Source: Ruditapes philippinarum
Taxonomy: Eukaryota
NCBI RefSeq assembly: GCF_026571515.1
Contig: NW_026854510.1
Coordinates: 62,001-126,000 of the forward strand
Length of the DNA stretch: 64,000 nucleotides
Direction: 5' to 3'
Part shown: one piece after another, positions 39,001-52,300 of the stretch
Layout of the letters: each line of letters opens with the position of its first letter
Position numbering within the stretch: position 1 is the first letter of the stretch
Position numbers and translations under genes: made by a program
Notes under the pieces: generated by a model
The model's input: the letters and a program-made list of their open reading frames with translations, nothing else
Databases searched by the model: none
What the model was told of the DNA's origin: nothing

Positions 39001-42000
39001 CTGAAAATGTCAGATTCGACAGAAGCACCGGCGCCCATATTGAATGAATTTGATATGTCTACTGGCAATGTTGTCCCGGTAACATCAGATTTTAAAAATA
39101 AATCAGTGTTCGAATTTAGTGAATTGGAAATTTCATTTGAATTCACTGAATTTGAAATGGGAACTCTCGTAGTTGTTTCAGGTTTGTATGTTGTTGTACT
39201 TTCTTGAACCACCATTCTATCATTGAGAATATCTGCCTGGACTGAGCCAATATTCTGTATGGTTTTTGATAAACCGCTTCCTCCTCTGTTGAAAAGAACT
39301 GTACCAGTCAATAAAGTTGTTAAATCACCCTGAGTCTTTGTTTCAGATATATCTGATATGCTATTATCATAAAGAGAGTGTAAATTATCAACAGAATCAA
39401 TGTGTGATGTATAATTAGTATTGTTGGTACTATTGTCTGCAGAGCTTGTGAACACAATGTCTAAATCATGAGGTGTGAATGATGCATTAGAAGACAGGGA
39501 AAGGTCACCACTTGAATTGTTAACTGTGTTAATGTCGCCTGAAAATCGCATTGATAAATCTGCACCAGATACTACAGAAACTGCTTCTGATGGAACCACT
39601 TCGGCATGTGAAGCTGCGGGTATAGTTTCAGTTATCACTGATCTCACAGTTGAATCTACAGACAAAGCTCTATCTGTTGATATCGTTCCAGCTGTGGTAC
39701 TTTCATATGCAATGTCTGCTACTGTCGCATTGATAGCTGAAGCCCGTGAAGTGGCATCTGTTGATATCGCACCAGTTATTGTAACTTTTGATATTTTTTC
39801 CATTGATTTAAGGGTTGCATCAGTTATATCTATAGCTAATCCTGCTGCATTTGTAGTTATATTTTCTGATCGTATCAATGATGCAACTGTTGCTGGCATT
39901 GTTGAAATAACCTCTGCTGTTTCAGTCGTTTGTTGTGTTGTTTGTTGTGGTGTTTGATCTGTTGTTGCCGTGTTGTCCATACTCGGAGAGCTCATCTCAT
40001 TTGCTGTTGTTGAATAGTTCATAGAGACATCTGCATTTGTACTATTACTTTCAATTATTACGTCATTAATAACATTTGAGTTATCCTGAACGCTAGATGG
40101 TGTAGTTGAAGAAAATTCTTCCTCTATGTCTGCAGTGCATGACACTGTTACCGTATCATCGATTCCTGTAAAAGTAATTTGAAACGCATTTTATACCACT
40201 CTATCGTGTCAAAATATAGCAATGACACAACAATGCATGTGTACACTAGGTTATTGAATAAACAAATTAAGTCAAGCACATCTGACATGTATTGTTCAAT
40301 GGATTAACTGGTAAAACTTAGTGCTAGTGAGATGTTATCAATATTCACATCATAATGCACACTTCTCTAGAAATATTTCTTTTTTTATTTCCTTAAGTAA
40401 ATATTAAGTAAAAGACAACAATAAATGAGCCGTGTCATGACAAAACAAACATAATGGGTTTGCGACCAGCATGGATCAAGACCAGCCTGTGCATCCGCGC
40501 AGTCTGATCAGGATCCATACTGTTCCCTTCAGTTTCTCTACATGTTATAGGATTTGAAAGCGAACAGCATGGATCCTGATCAGACTGCGCGGATGCACAG
40601 GCTGGTCTGGATCCATGCTGGTCGCAAACCCATTATGTTGGTTTTGTCGTGACACAGCTCAAATATCAATACATGAATGTCATACATAGATATACCCACT
40701 CATTTATCACTGGTGTACTTTTATAATATCTTTTAGTTTATTTATTAATTTATACTTCTAGCAAATTTATCGAAACAAATGTAAATCATTTAATGATAGC
40801 TTACGTCCAGCAATTTCCAGAACGAGACAGTAGTTTTTATCGTATAAGTCTGAATACGTCTCAAACGTCGCAACACCAGCATTGTATTGTGACGTATCAA
40901 GGTAGGTTCCGGACATTAAACATTGAAACCGTATACTGTTTCCTGACGACGAGTACAGCCTAGAAAACAATGTATAAGATATATGTGTTGTACAAGATTT
41001 AAAAGTTGTTAACATAAAATTACAACCATTGATTATAGACCCATAGAGCCCTAGAAATCCTCTCTTTTTTATGCTTCTCAACAGCTTTGATTTTTGGTGC
41101 CCAAAATGTTACTCGTTGGCCAATTACCTGAGCCTGAGAGCTGTTATAGTGACGGGAGTCAAAATACATTCAGAGCCAAATACCTCGCTTTCATCAAAGC
41201 TATAACCTCCAAATTTTGTTTTGCAAGAATGCAAAAAAGTAGGAATGCAGCGGGGAAGAAAACCATTTTACACGCGGAAAACGTAAGGATTACAAATGAC
41301 TGCGCATTTCAGGACAGAACTAACTGGATAAAAGTAAAATCAATTTCTCTTTACCCTTCAACAACATCGAAAATTACGTACCTTATCGCAGAATTGCATT
41401 CTGGGTAGTTAGGAGCCACGTAGGTGACGAGTTTCATGACGCTGGAGTTTGTTCCAAATGTACACGAACAGTTACTAACAGCCGGGTCGTATGATGCGGT
41501 ATCTATAAGCACTCTTTCTCCGGAGTACGTTCCAGGTACACACATCTTAGCAACTGTAATTTAATAAAATATATTTTAACCAATCAAACTTGCATGCATT
41601 CTATTTACCAATTAAACCTACAAAAAAGTTAAGTAAAGGCATAAAATTTATGTCTCTAGTATTTGTCAATTTTGGATACAGTAGATCTTAATGGTATATA
41701 ATGAAATTATATTTAATTATGTTATATTATAACATCAAATATGTTTACAGCGTTCAATAAAGTAATGTTATACAAATTAGATTATTTCAATTAGTGGTAT
41801 GACCTGATGAATGGTGACATATAAGAAGGCGGCAAGTAAAATACCATTGACCACAACAATGTGGCAGAGGTAAGTGAAATATTTATAGCCAAAGAATGTT
41901 TGCTATGATTAATTATGATTAGTTATGATATGTTTTTATATTACATACTATAAATGATATACTTGGGTGTTTCAGTATAAGTACTAATAAGTAAATAACA

Positions 42001-45000
42001 TAATTAATGAAATGATATCATTTAATATCTCATTCTTTTCAAACACGTGTGTATCTGAGCACATTGAATCTAGTGATATTATGTCTTAAACGTTTTAACC
42101 TATGATACTGACCACCTTGTAGTACATTCCACCCTGTGTCTATAGGACACAGATTTACAGACTCATTTGATGGATGAGTGCAAAGTCAGTTACGAAACGA
42201 CGTATTTAATTTCAAAAGAAAACGGATTTATTGTTGTTTGATATACAAGATGTGTTTCTTTCACTAATATCCTTGGAGAGAGGTCAACTTTTTTATGCAT
42301 AGAGACCTCCCACCTCAAGCGTAGTCTCTCTTTCAATATCATGAAAATATGATTTAGTGTCGTGTAACACACGTGTGCACACAGTTACCAAGATTTTAAG
42401 TTAAAATTGGTGAATAAATATTGGAGTTGTGAAGCTTGCACTGGGATGACTGCTGTAAAATAATCAACCAGCTGTTGCGTTTCTTTTTTAGATACACAGT
42501 ATTAATGTATCATTTTTTATCATTAGTTTTTATATATTTTATTCTAATAAGTTTATTTATTTATTTATTTATTTATTTATTTGAGGTGAAGCAAATTGAA
42601 TCACAATCATGTATCTAGTATTCGTAAAATAGTGTAGTTTAAATGGTTTGGGAATGTTTGACGTGTGGGATCGGGAATGGGTTGTACGCTACCAATCAAC
42701 TAGCCAAACAACTGTGGGGCAAACACTTTATGTAACTTTAAAGATTTGTCAATGGTAGTTAACATCTTTATTAATACGACTGGCTATAACTGATACATGC
42801 TGCTCAAAGATTTATGGACAATTTAACTACAAATTAAAGAGTTTGGAAACTCTGTTTTATGTGCGCAAATTATTGCGCATTTTATTTTGCGAAATTCAAG
42901 TTTCGTCACCCCGATAAGTATATTCAAGTAGAAAATAAATAACACATAATAAAATAATTGACAGAGATTTGTACATAAATACTGTGACTCAAGTTAGTAT
43001 TTTAAGCTGTTGAATCATACATTACTAACAGGAATATTTCATAAGATATTAATGTCGTAGGTCAATTAAGAGTGCTTATTTATAGTTTACATACATGTGT
43101 CATTACAGACAAAAACCGTTCTTGTTTTTTCCCCTGTCTTTATGACAATGTTTCTCTTTATATTTCTCGTTGAGACTGTCAAACCCGCGTAATATATGAT
43201 TTATTGTATTATATCGCACACATTTTCTAATAACAATTTTTACTAGTTTTACAATACTTATGAATTTATGACTGTGAGGGACTTTATTGTCATGACCGCG
43301 GCGGAACTTGATTGATAACCGAGTATAAACATTGGCGATCGGTCATTTCTAGTTGACCACTGACAACACACAATACACTGGTCAGTTGTCCTTCCCGTTA
43401 TACATGTCACGACGTGACGGACACTTAATGAGATTGAATCTGTCTGTATTAACATGATTACATTGAATTATGATTAAAACCTAAGACATCTTATTTAGAA
43501 CTATTGTATAAATGTCCTAACTTCTTTCAGTCCAGATTGTCGACCCTTACACCGACTTGTGATTTATACATAAGGCACATTAATGCCTTATTAAATTATA
43601 TTATAAACTAAACGTGTGTTCTTTTGCTATTACGTATAACTTTTGTAGGGCAGAATACAAAAAATATCCATAAGAACCCGATATGAAAATTTTTAATGCC
43701 TCTTGATATACAGCACATATGTTGTCAAAGACATCCTAAGCAAATGAATTAGCTAAATGGTATCTTTGAAATTTATGACATAACTACTTGCTATGATTAT
43801 AGATTAGAAGCTACATTTGTATAGAATTCGAAAAATGACCCTACCGACGCCTGTTTAACATATTGGTTATATACATTAAAGAATATGAAATGCATATTTA
43901 CGACTGATTTTTTTTGTATTTCAAATAAATTCGGACGGTAAACCTACCTATTTTTTAATCACATGCTTAGAATTGTATCTAAAATAATCATTTTTTTTAA
44001 AAAATAACGCTGCGCCATTGATAAACGACAAAAAGTTTCTTTGACCCATACTTTTCTGTTCCATTAAAACTTGCAAATTTTTGTTTCAGTGGACCATAAT
44101 TTTCCCCCGATATAATTTTTTCTGATTTTCTGTTTGTCAATTTCTACCAATTCTAAGTTATATAAAGATAGACTGAGTAAATCTTTAATTTAACTGATGA
44201 AAATATAATTGAGCCGCGTCAGGACAAAATCAACATAGTGCGTTTGCGACCTCTATGGATCCAGACCAGCCTGCACATCCGCGCAGTCTGATTAGGATCC
44301 ATGCTGTTCGCTATCAGTTACTCTACTTGTAATAGGGTTTGTAAGCGAACAACATGGATTCTGATCAGACTGCGCGGATGTGCAGGCTGTTCTGGATCCA
44401 TGCTGGTCGCAAACGCATTGCGTTGGTTTTGTCATGACACGGCTCATATTTTTGTTGTTGTTCTATACATAACTGATAATGAAGTTTCACTTAAATCACC
44501 AATATGTTTCAAACAAGATGGTAAACATTTGTTATTTTTTGTACTTATGTTAAGAATACATGTATAATGAAGTTTAATAATATAAAGTATTAGTTGATTT
44601 TTGAAACATTGTCAGTTATACACAAAATACATTAAAATATTTATAGATTTTATCCAACTTGGTATACTGATTTTGTATTTAGAGTTTTTTCTCTTGGAGG
44701 AAATAAAGATATTATAATTATTATTATTTATTTTTGTTCAGATGACTTCTTTGATCAATACATTGACACATTCAATTAGGATTAATATGTTGCAAATTGT
44801 AAAAGAACTACAAATAATTATGATTAGAATATAATAAAACGAGACTCTATCAAAAGGAAACAATAGTATATAGCATGCTTTTAGCAAATAAAATATCATC
44901 AGTGATTTATAATATTACTTTTTTTCAACAGCTTCAAAAGCTTTGTTGTAATCATAATTTACATGTCACTGTTGCCGGTGTACGCACGAACAAACAGACT

Positions 45001-45529
45001 GATATTTGAAGCAGAACCAACCTAAAGACAAATGTATATGCATATATATTTGGAAATACATGTAATAAGAATATTAACCAACACCCAATATATGATATAT
45101 GTACACAGAAACTGTATTGTAGTTTAGTTTAATGTAGAAACAATACTTAAGTCTATATTAACGTAAACATTATTCATTATAAAAACTTCTGTAAACTTAC
45201 CATTGACGCCTTCTGGACAAGCTTGACCATGCACTATAATAGAAAAATAAAACCAATTACAGCTTTAGAACTCCTTCGTATTTTTACTCTTTATAATTTA
45301 CAATATCATTTGATATGTATTAATTAAGCATATTTTCACATTTATTGAAATATTTCTCGGATCCATACTGGCACAGAATCATTGCTACATGTTTTTATTT
45401 ATTTTTTTCTCTATTTTTTTTTATTATTATTATCATTTTTAATACTAATTCAAATAAGATGAAATAAACAATACCTTCAACAGCAGCCACTATTAAAACC
45501 AACAGAGTTAATCCGGGAAGGAAAGTCAT
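33044..45529 (-). CDS. Type I membrane mucin-like protein M1, 7 exons (45529-45475, 45233-45201, 41553-41382, 40959-40805, 40165-34853, 34591-34513, 33242-33044), ~2001 aa
   Basis: All junctions are GT-AG and phase-compatible (1,1,2,1,1,2); total 6006 nt. Signal MTFLPGLTLLVLIVAAVEVHG; 8-Cys domain; 5.3-kb S/T/N/D/E-rich stalk exon; TM IIVVGAIVGLVVIAVVIGVFC followed by GRKRR; tail ends NVEL. Exons 1-2 are the least certain part. Confidence 0.85.
33265..33420. mobile_element. ~155-bp hairpin element in last intron of M1
   Basis: ATAGTGTTAACGCACGTTTTTT...CTGCAAAGTCCC...GAGCCCGGTAGGGCGAG...GGGACTCTGCAG...AAAAAACGTGCGTTGACGCTAT. May extend to the ATGCTATAA inverted repeat near 33734-33742. Confidence 0.65.
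33838..34160. mobile_element. MITE family C, TTAA-flanked (Kolobok-like)
   Basis: TIRs AGCTGCATACCTCCAGAT / ATCTGGAGGCATGCTGCT; inverted homologue at 63612-63968. Confidence 0.78.
35990..37310 (-). repeat. Coding ~100-aa (~300-bp) tandem repeat, about 4 copies, in the M1 stalk
   Basis: Unit NLTFVHRIDETLSKSEHLPQINLTETS...GQYLADET...SFDVPA...ETDINNMTFVHRLSESVSEINVTE.TPTQMPDVVTE. Confidence 0.9.
40427..40660. mobile_element. MITE family A in M1 intron 4
   Basis: Same TIRs; AAAT TSD on both sides. Confidence 0.93.
42552..42716 (-). mobile_element. Degenerate SINE-like insertion with (AAAT)n tail
   Basis: Minus-strand A-box-like TGGCTAGTTGATTGG head and an (ATTT)n microsatellite at 42552-42582. 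Confidence 0.35.
44211..44445. mobile_element. MITE family A in M1 intron 2
   Basis: Same TIRs; flanks AATT/ATAT. Confidence 0.92.
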
Positions 45530-47297
45530 TTTTAAATCCAGAGAATATATCTGCGAAATAATGTTTCTTCACAAATCTTTTTATAAGTTCAAATATTTGA
45601 TATATAAAAGTATTGTATTAGATAAATTAAAACTTTTCACACAGGAGTGTATAGTTTACGATAGTTTCTGTAAGTTCCACATTTTAGTTTTATTGTTATT
45701 TGTTATCAATAAATTTAATTCTGATGATATTCAATTATTAACCCAACGTTCAGTCCATCGCATCTTTAGTTAGTTGTATAAAAATAATATAGTATTATGT
45801 CAGTCTATCATAGATCATTATAAAACTTCTACTTTCTTTATCAAGCGGCTCTCCCGTGGAATGATTTGTTAAAGAATGAAGATATTTTTCTGTCAAAATG
45901 TATCGACGTTACTGACATTTACGGCGTAAACGGTGTCACGTGAATTACGCGATTCTTTTCGGTAACAATCGCCAACTTAGATTCGCCGTCATGACATGAC
46001 AATCGGATGCCCTCGGCAATTGTTGCAAGTTTGACAACTAAAGCTGTCGTCTGAAAAAATGTGTTATTACATAAAACACTTATTTCGATAGATCATTAAG
46101 ACATTTAGAAAACTCATTTTCAGACCATCATGACATTTTTTGCTATATGGTCAAAATTAGTTGGTGGTCCAATATTCACACAATTGAAATATCTTATGAG
46201 CAATTGTATGTATGGCGGCTCTAAGATACTTGCCATGAAACGCTACTATACGTTATTATCATCTTCGTTTCTATGAAATATTTTTAAACAAACAAAAAGT
46301 GCATCGCGAATTTAACTTAACACCGCTCAAGCCGGTGCAAGGGGGCGTGAGGGATGATGCACATATTCCTTATCCCTCATGTACAGACTCAATCAAACCG
46401 AGTCTGCAATTCTCTTGTAATTTAGTTGTGATTAATGCTTCTGAGGGTTCTCATTGTCTCCAGATTTTCATAATTCTTTACATTTTCAACATCCTCAAAA
46501 ATCCTTTAAAGGTCTTATTCAAGTAAGATTTTTTAAAATTATTTTAAATTCATGAACCTACTAGTGTCGTTTTCCCTAAAGGAATTATTTCCCAGTAAGA
46601 TCTTGTAACCCATCTTTCTAGAGCTGGGAGTCAGACAAATTACAAGAGCAGTGCTTTCCTTAGAAAAGGTAAAATTATTGAAACTGAAAAAATTACCAGG
46701 GAAAAAAAAGATTTTAGATATACATTGCAAATTCCTCGGACATAACAAAACGGTATTTGACTGACAACACTGTCGGCACTAAAAACTGTCAAAAGTTTTT
46801 TTTTAATCTGTTTAATTAAAGAAAAATAAAAAAAAAAACTAGTACACTTTTTATCATTTATATTTATGCCTTAAATTTTGAGTAGATTAAAATACACTTT
46901 AATAATGTATAAATTTGTATTTGTAATTAAGTGTAAGAATATAATTATAAAGGTACTGTACTGTGTGTAAAACCACATGCACCAATTAAAAAGACTAAAA
47001 TGATAATTTGTGAATATTAAATTTAAAAAATTGAGTGAATCATAATTTTTTTGTGGTGATATCCTGCAATACATTTTGTAAGAATTATCATTCAGGTGCT
47101 TCACTTCGGTAAAGGATAATATAACCTTCAAAAATTAGATTTTAGAAATTATTAGTAAGATGTGCAGAATTTCTTTAAAAGGTCATTAAATGTGAGGTAA
47201 CAGGTCTGACACTCGAAGTGTTACATTATTCTAATATTTACCCACCATTTTCCGTTTTTTACTATAATTACTTGTATTTTTGCAATGTGATTAAAAT

Positions 47298-47542
47298 GAG
47301 CCGCGTCATGACAGAAACAACATACACGTAATGGGTTTGCGACCAGCATGGATCCAGACCAGCCTGCGCATCCGCGCAGTCTGATAAGGATCAGGATCCA
47401 TGCCGTTCGTTTACTACTTACTCTATTACAAGTGTAGAAACTGACAGCGAACATCATGAATCCTGATCAGACTGCGCAGGCTGGTCTGGATCCATTCTGA
47501 TGGTCGCATACTCAGTATGTTGGTTTTGTCGTGACACGGCTC
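47298..47542. mobile_element. MITE family A between M2 and M1
   Basis: Same TIRs with small indels; AAAT TSD on both sides. Confidence 0.92.
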
Positions 47543-49373
47543 AAATAATATTGTATTGTATTTTAAACTTATCTTCATACAATTAGGGTCACAATATCCT
47601 TGCATCAGTCCCCCATTAAACCTTCAATATAATGTTGTTATTGAATTCTGATAAATAACTCACTTTGTAAATCTTATATGTTTACATGAAGCGATTCTAA
47701 TGAAGAAATGAATGACGAATGAAACATTTTTGTAATAATTATCATGGTGACAAACGCACTGTTGGTAGAATATGAGTAACCGGCATGAGAGTCGCACACA
47801 TAACTTGATATATATAATACTTTTACTTATATAAAATATTGACAATAATGCCTCTAACGTGTCAGTCTAGCGCAATTAACTCCGAATATAATCATCATGT
47901 GACATCACGTCTAATACTGTCTGTCCCACATCGTAAATATCCTGTTATAATCATATATTTTACATACTATAAACAGCTAGACGCTCATTAAAAACCTAGC
48001 TAGCTACACACAGCGTCCATCGGTAATATGTTTGAGTTTCATTATAAGTCACTTTATTTTGTAGTGGACTGACGTGCAATGCAAATTTTGAGTCTTTGTC
48101 ATAAGTTATGTATTATACATTCAGGATTTTCTTTTCAAAAGATATCAATATTAGGCATAACATTTGAAGTCTCATATAAAAATATATAAGTGCTTTACGT
48201 CAGGCGAGCGTGGGAGTGACTTAAGATATTTGGATTTGACATCGATGTTAAAACAGATCGTGCACACAATTTGTTGAAAAGTTGTACACAAAGACAAAAA
48301 GAAAAATTACTTTGCTTCTTCAAGCATATATTTATAAGTATTGTTTACTTTCATAAAAGAAAAGAACAATAATACTTTTGATTAAATATTTACAGTCACA
48401 CAGTAGTTACTCAACAAACCTTCATATATCTACAGTGCCTACACTACACACGACAAAAATATTAAAGGTCGGTACTAAAAACTATAAGTGAACAGCTAAT
48501 GAAAAAATAATCGCAATATCATTCAAATTATAAATTGTTCATATATGCTGCATCCAATTATCAACATCAAATATATATTTCAATAAACTTCGCGCATGAA
48601 TTTTTCTTTTCTACATTCTATCTAAAATTACGTAACTTCATTTGCATGTCTTTCCCACTCATAATTTTTCATACCTAACATACTTTATATATAGATGTCT
48701 ATTTATCTATAAGACTTTTGAGAGATCAACATAAAAAATACAATTGCAGAAATGAACATCTAGCACTTATGTGGAGTATCTTTAGAAAAAAACATGTCAG
48801 TTCCTAGTGAATGTGGTCCTTACTTACTGACCATCGTCATATACCCACGCCGAACCATTTACATTTATTGATTACATGTTAAAATACGTGTTAATCAACC
48901 ATGGGTATCCGACCATGCTTACAAACATATTTATGTTAATAATATTAAAGCTAGATAATAAAAGTTTAGTAGAAAATTATAGCATAAGATGAAGTCGTTT
49001 TATATAATCTGGCAACCTCTAACTGGTGTCAAACAGACTGACTGGAACTATAAACTTACTGCAGTTAATTTTTTAATACAGACTGCAGAGAGCAGCTATA
49101 TCCTTGATATTCTGTTTTTCGGAGCGTCTACAAATAGATTACAAACCGTACGTAAACCACAAAAAAAAAAGAAATTAAGAAATTTAGTATACGACCCTTC
49201 TCCATTATCTTTTTTAAACATCTGACCTCCTCGTCGTCAACATACACACACACAATTATTTTAATACTTTGTACATCTGTTAGATGTTATTCTTTCAATA
49301 TTGTCAGATTCGGACCAACTATTCATTTGAAAAACTGGAACACATAGTTGCCATTGATTTTAAAAATGATTAA

Positions 49374-52300
49374 TCAAGAGTCTGGATGTACAAGAACGTC
49401 TATCATGTCATTTACCACCTCTTCCTGTCTGTCAGGCGCAGGAAAAACATCCGGTACAGGCGCTTGCTCGTTACCAGGGGATGGCTCCGGAAGTTCAGAT
49501 ACTTTTATTTCAGGAACGTCATTACTATTAAAGGTTTTATTGTCAAAGGCCATGGAATAAGTATTAGTATTCTCTGCAGTTGGAGGTTTAGTTTCCCATA
49601 AAGAAAGATCCATTTCCTCATTGTCAATATCATTTTTGTGGAAGTGATTGTTAGACGGAGATTCGCCTCCGTCTGGTGGCAGGAAGTGACGTTTTTCATT
49701 CGTCAATGGTGTAAACGGTGCTGTTCCACTCATCTCATACGAATTATTACGATTTTTACTGAAAAGTAACGTTCACAAGTATAAAAAAGTATCAAATTAT
49801 ATTCATGTACAGGTAGTTGCATTTACATATCTGATTCAACAAATGATATTAAAGTAGGCAAAGCTATTGGAACGGAAGCACTAACTAAAAGTCAAGGCCT
49901 AGGTAAATTGATCTAGAGGTACACAATCATGTCTCACACAAGTTTGAGGCTAATTGTTTTATCTACATATTGCAAAACTTGAACATTTCGTTCTCTTAAT
50001 TCTGATAACTAAATAAAACAAAATGGCTGCAATGAAACTGAAAAAATGGCGTGTATATGCATTTTATTTATTTGAATTATGTTCTTTTTTAAGAATGCGC
50101 GTATTGGCTTTAATCGGACAAGCCCAAGTAAGATCCCACTTTGCTTTTACGTATAACCATATCTGATGTTATGCATCTGTCAAACTCTATGCGGGCTACT
50201 TTGATTAAGACACCGGATGTACTAAAATGTAACACGAATATTTAAGATAAGATATCATAGGATACTTACGAACATGATAATATGATTGCAACAATCACAA
50301 TTAAGACAACACCGACACATGACCCAATCACAGCTGCATCTGAAATATTTTAATATAACGTTAAAAGGGCCCTTTTTTACACCAATTCGGAGAAAACCTC
50401 AGGAAATCGAAAAAATTGCTGGATATGATGTTTTATATAAATGAATAACTTGAAGCTTATAAGGGTTATATATCAATTTTACGATTGCATTTCGTTGACA
50501 TAAAATAAGTTAAGTTCCTTTTATAATCACATGATTTAAGAACTCAAATTGATGTATTTAAAAGGTTACAGATTGCACAGACACTTGGGGTTTGGAGCTC
50601 AAAACGCCTTTAAAATCGAAATAAAATACATATTTGTCAATCCCAGCACATGTACTGATCATATATATCAAAAAAACTTAATATAAGCCGTTTTGAAAAA
50701 AATTCATATTTCAACATCTATAATTATTATAGATGTTGAAATATGATTTTTTTTCAAAACGGCTTATATTAAGTTTTTTTTTATATATGTGATCAGTACA
50801 TGTGCTGGGATTGACAAATATGCATTTTATTTGGATTTTAAAGGCGTTTTGAGCTCCAAACCCCAAGTGTCTGTGACAGATTGCAGGATAAAAACGATAG
50901 CGTAGAGTATATACTAGCATTTTTTCCCAGCACGCTGACTATTCAAGATATAGAGGATATTACATGAGAGTAGGTTCAATACTGAATTTATTGAACAGGT
51001 TGAATAAACTTATTACATGCGTGCCTCAAGAATAGTTTTTCATTGACGTGCCTATAGTGTAACGGGTATGTGATAAAACTAAATAATCAGTACTTACATG
51101 GGAAAGTTGTTTTGGTTCCCTTTTGCTGCTTATCCCCAGTGGAATCTTCTGTCGAGCCTTGGGTTGGTTCTGTCGTGGTACCCGATGTTTCTTTCGCCGA
51201 AGTAGATGTCGTAGTTCCCGATGTTTCTTTTTCAGTTGAAGGTGTCGTAGTTTCCGATGTTTCCTTTTCAGTAGTTGATGTCGTAGTTCCGGAAGTTTCC
51301 TTTTCAGTTGTAGGTGTCGTAGTTCCCGATGTTTCTTTCTCCGTTGTAGATGTCGTAGTTCCGGATGTTTCCTTTTCAGTTGTAGGTGTCGTAGTTCCCG
51401 ATGTTTCCTTTTCAGTAGTTGATGTCGTAGTTCCCGATGTTTCCTTTTCAGTGGTAGGTGTCGTAGTTCCCGATGTTTCTTTCTCCGTTGTAGATGTCGT
51501 AGTTCCGGATGTTTCCTTTTCAGTTGTAGGTGTCGTAGTTCCCGATGATTCCTTTTCAGTAGTTGATGTCGTAGTTCCCGATGTTTCCTTTTCAGTAGTA
51601 GAGGTCGTAGTTCCGGAAGTTTCTTTTTCAGTAGTAGATGTCGTAGTTCCCGATGTTTCCTTTTCAGTGGTAGGTGTCGTAGTTCCCGATGTAACGTTTG
51701 CTGTGGAAGATGTCGTAGTTCCCGATGTTTCTTTCTCCGTTTTAGATGTCGTAGTTCTCGATGTTTCCTTTTCAGTAGTAGATGTCGTAGTTCCAGATGT
51801 TTCCTTTTCAGTTGTAGGTGTCGTAGTTCCCGATGTAACGTTTGCTGTGGAAGATGTCGTAGTTCCCGATGATTCTTTCTCCGTTGTAGATGTCGTAGTT
51901 CCGGATGTTTCCTTTTCAGTAGTAGATGCAGTAGTTCCCGATGTTTCCTTTTCAGTTGTAGGTGTCGTAGTTCCCGATGTTACGTTTACTGTGGAAGATG
52001 TCGTAGTTCCCGACGTCTCTTTCTCTGTTGAAGATGTGGTAGTTCCCGATGTTTCCTTTTCAGTTGTAGGTGTCGTAGTTCCCGATGTTTCCTTTTCAGT
52101 TGCAGGTGTCGTAGTTCCCGATGTTTCCTTCTCCGTTGTAGATGTCGTAGTTCCCGATGTTTCCTTTTCTGTAGTAGATGTCGTCATTCCCGATGTTTCC
52201 TTTCCCGTAGAAGATGTCGTAGTTCCCGATGTACTGTTTCTAGTGGTGGATGTCGTAGTTCTCGATGTTTCTTTTTCCGTAGGAGATGTCGAAGTTCCAG

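Noticed and set aside
34858-39957. Several + strand ORFs within the M1 stalk
   Set aside because: Antisense shadows of the 5.3-kb coding exon.
41800-43455. Alternative 5' exons for M1 (near 41.85, 42.13 and 43.3 kb)
   Set aside because: Plausible splice sites exist but give no convincing signal peptide. The 45.5/45.2-kb exons match the M2 layout better. Not excluded without transcript data.
8833-47457. Recurring short ORFs containing LIRLRGCAGWSGSMLVANPL
   Set aside because: Translations of MITE A inverted repeats, not a protein family.
51087-51097. Secreted mucin isoforms by read-through of the stalk-exon donor (also 34815-34852)
   Set aside because: A nearby in-frame stop is expected in any AT-rich intron; no independent evidence.
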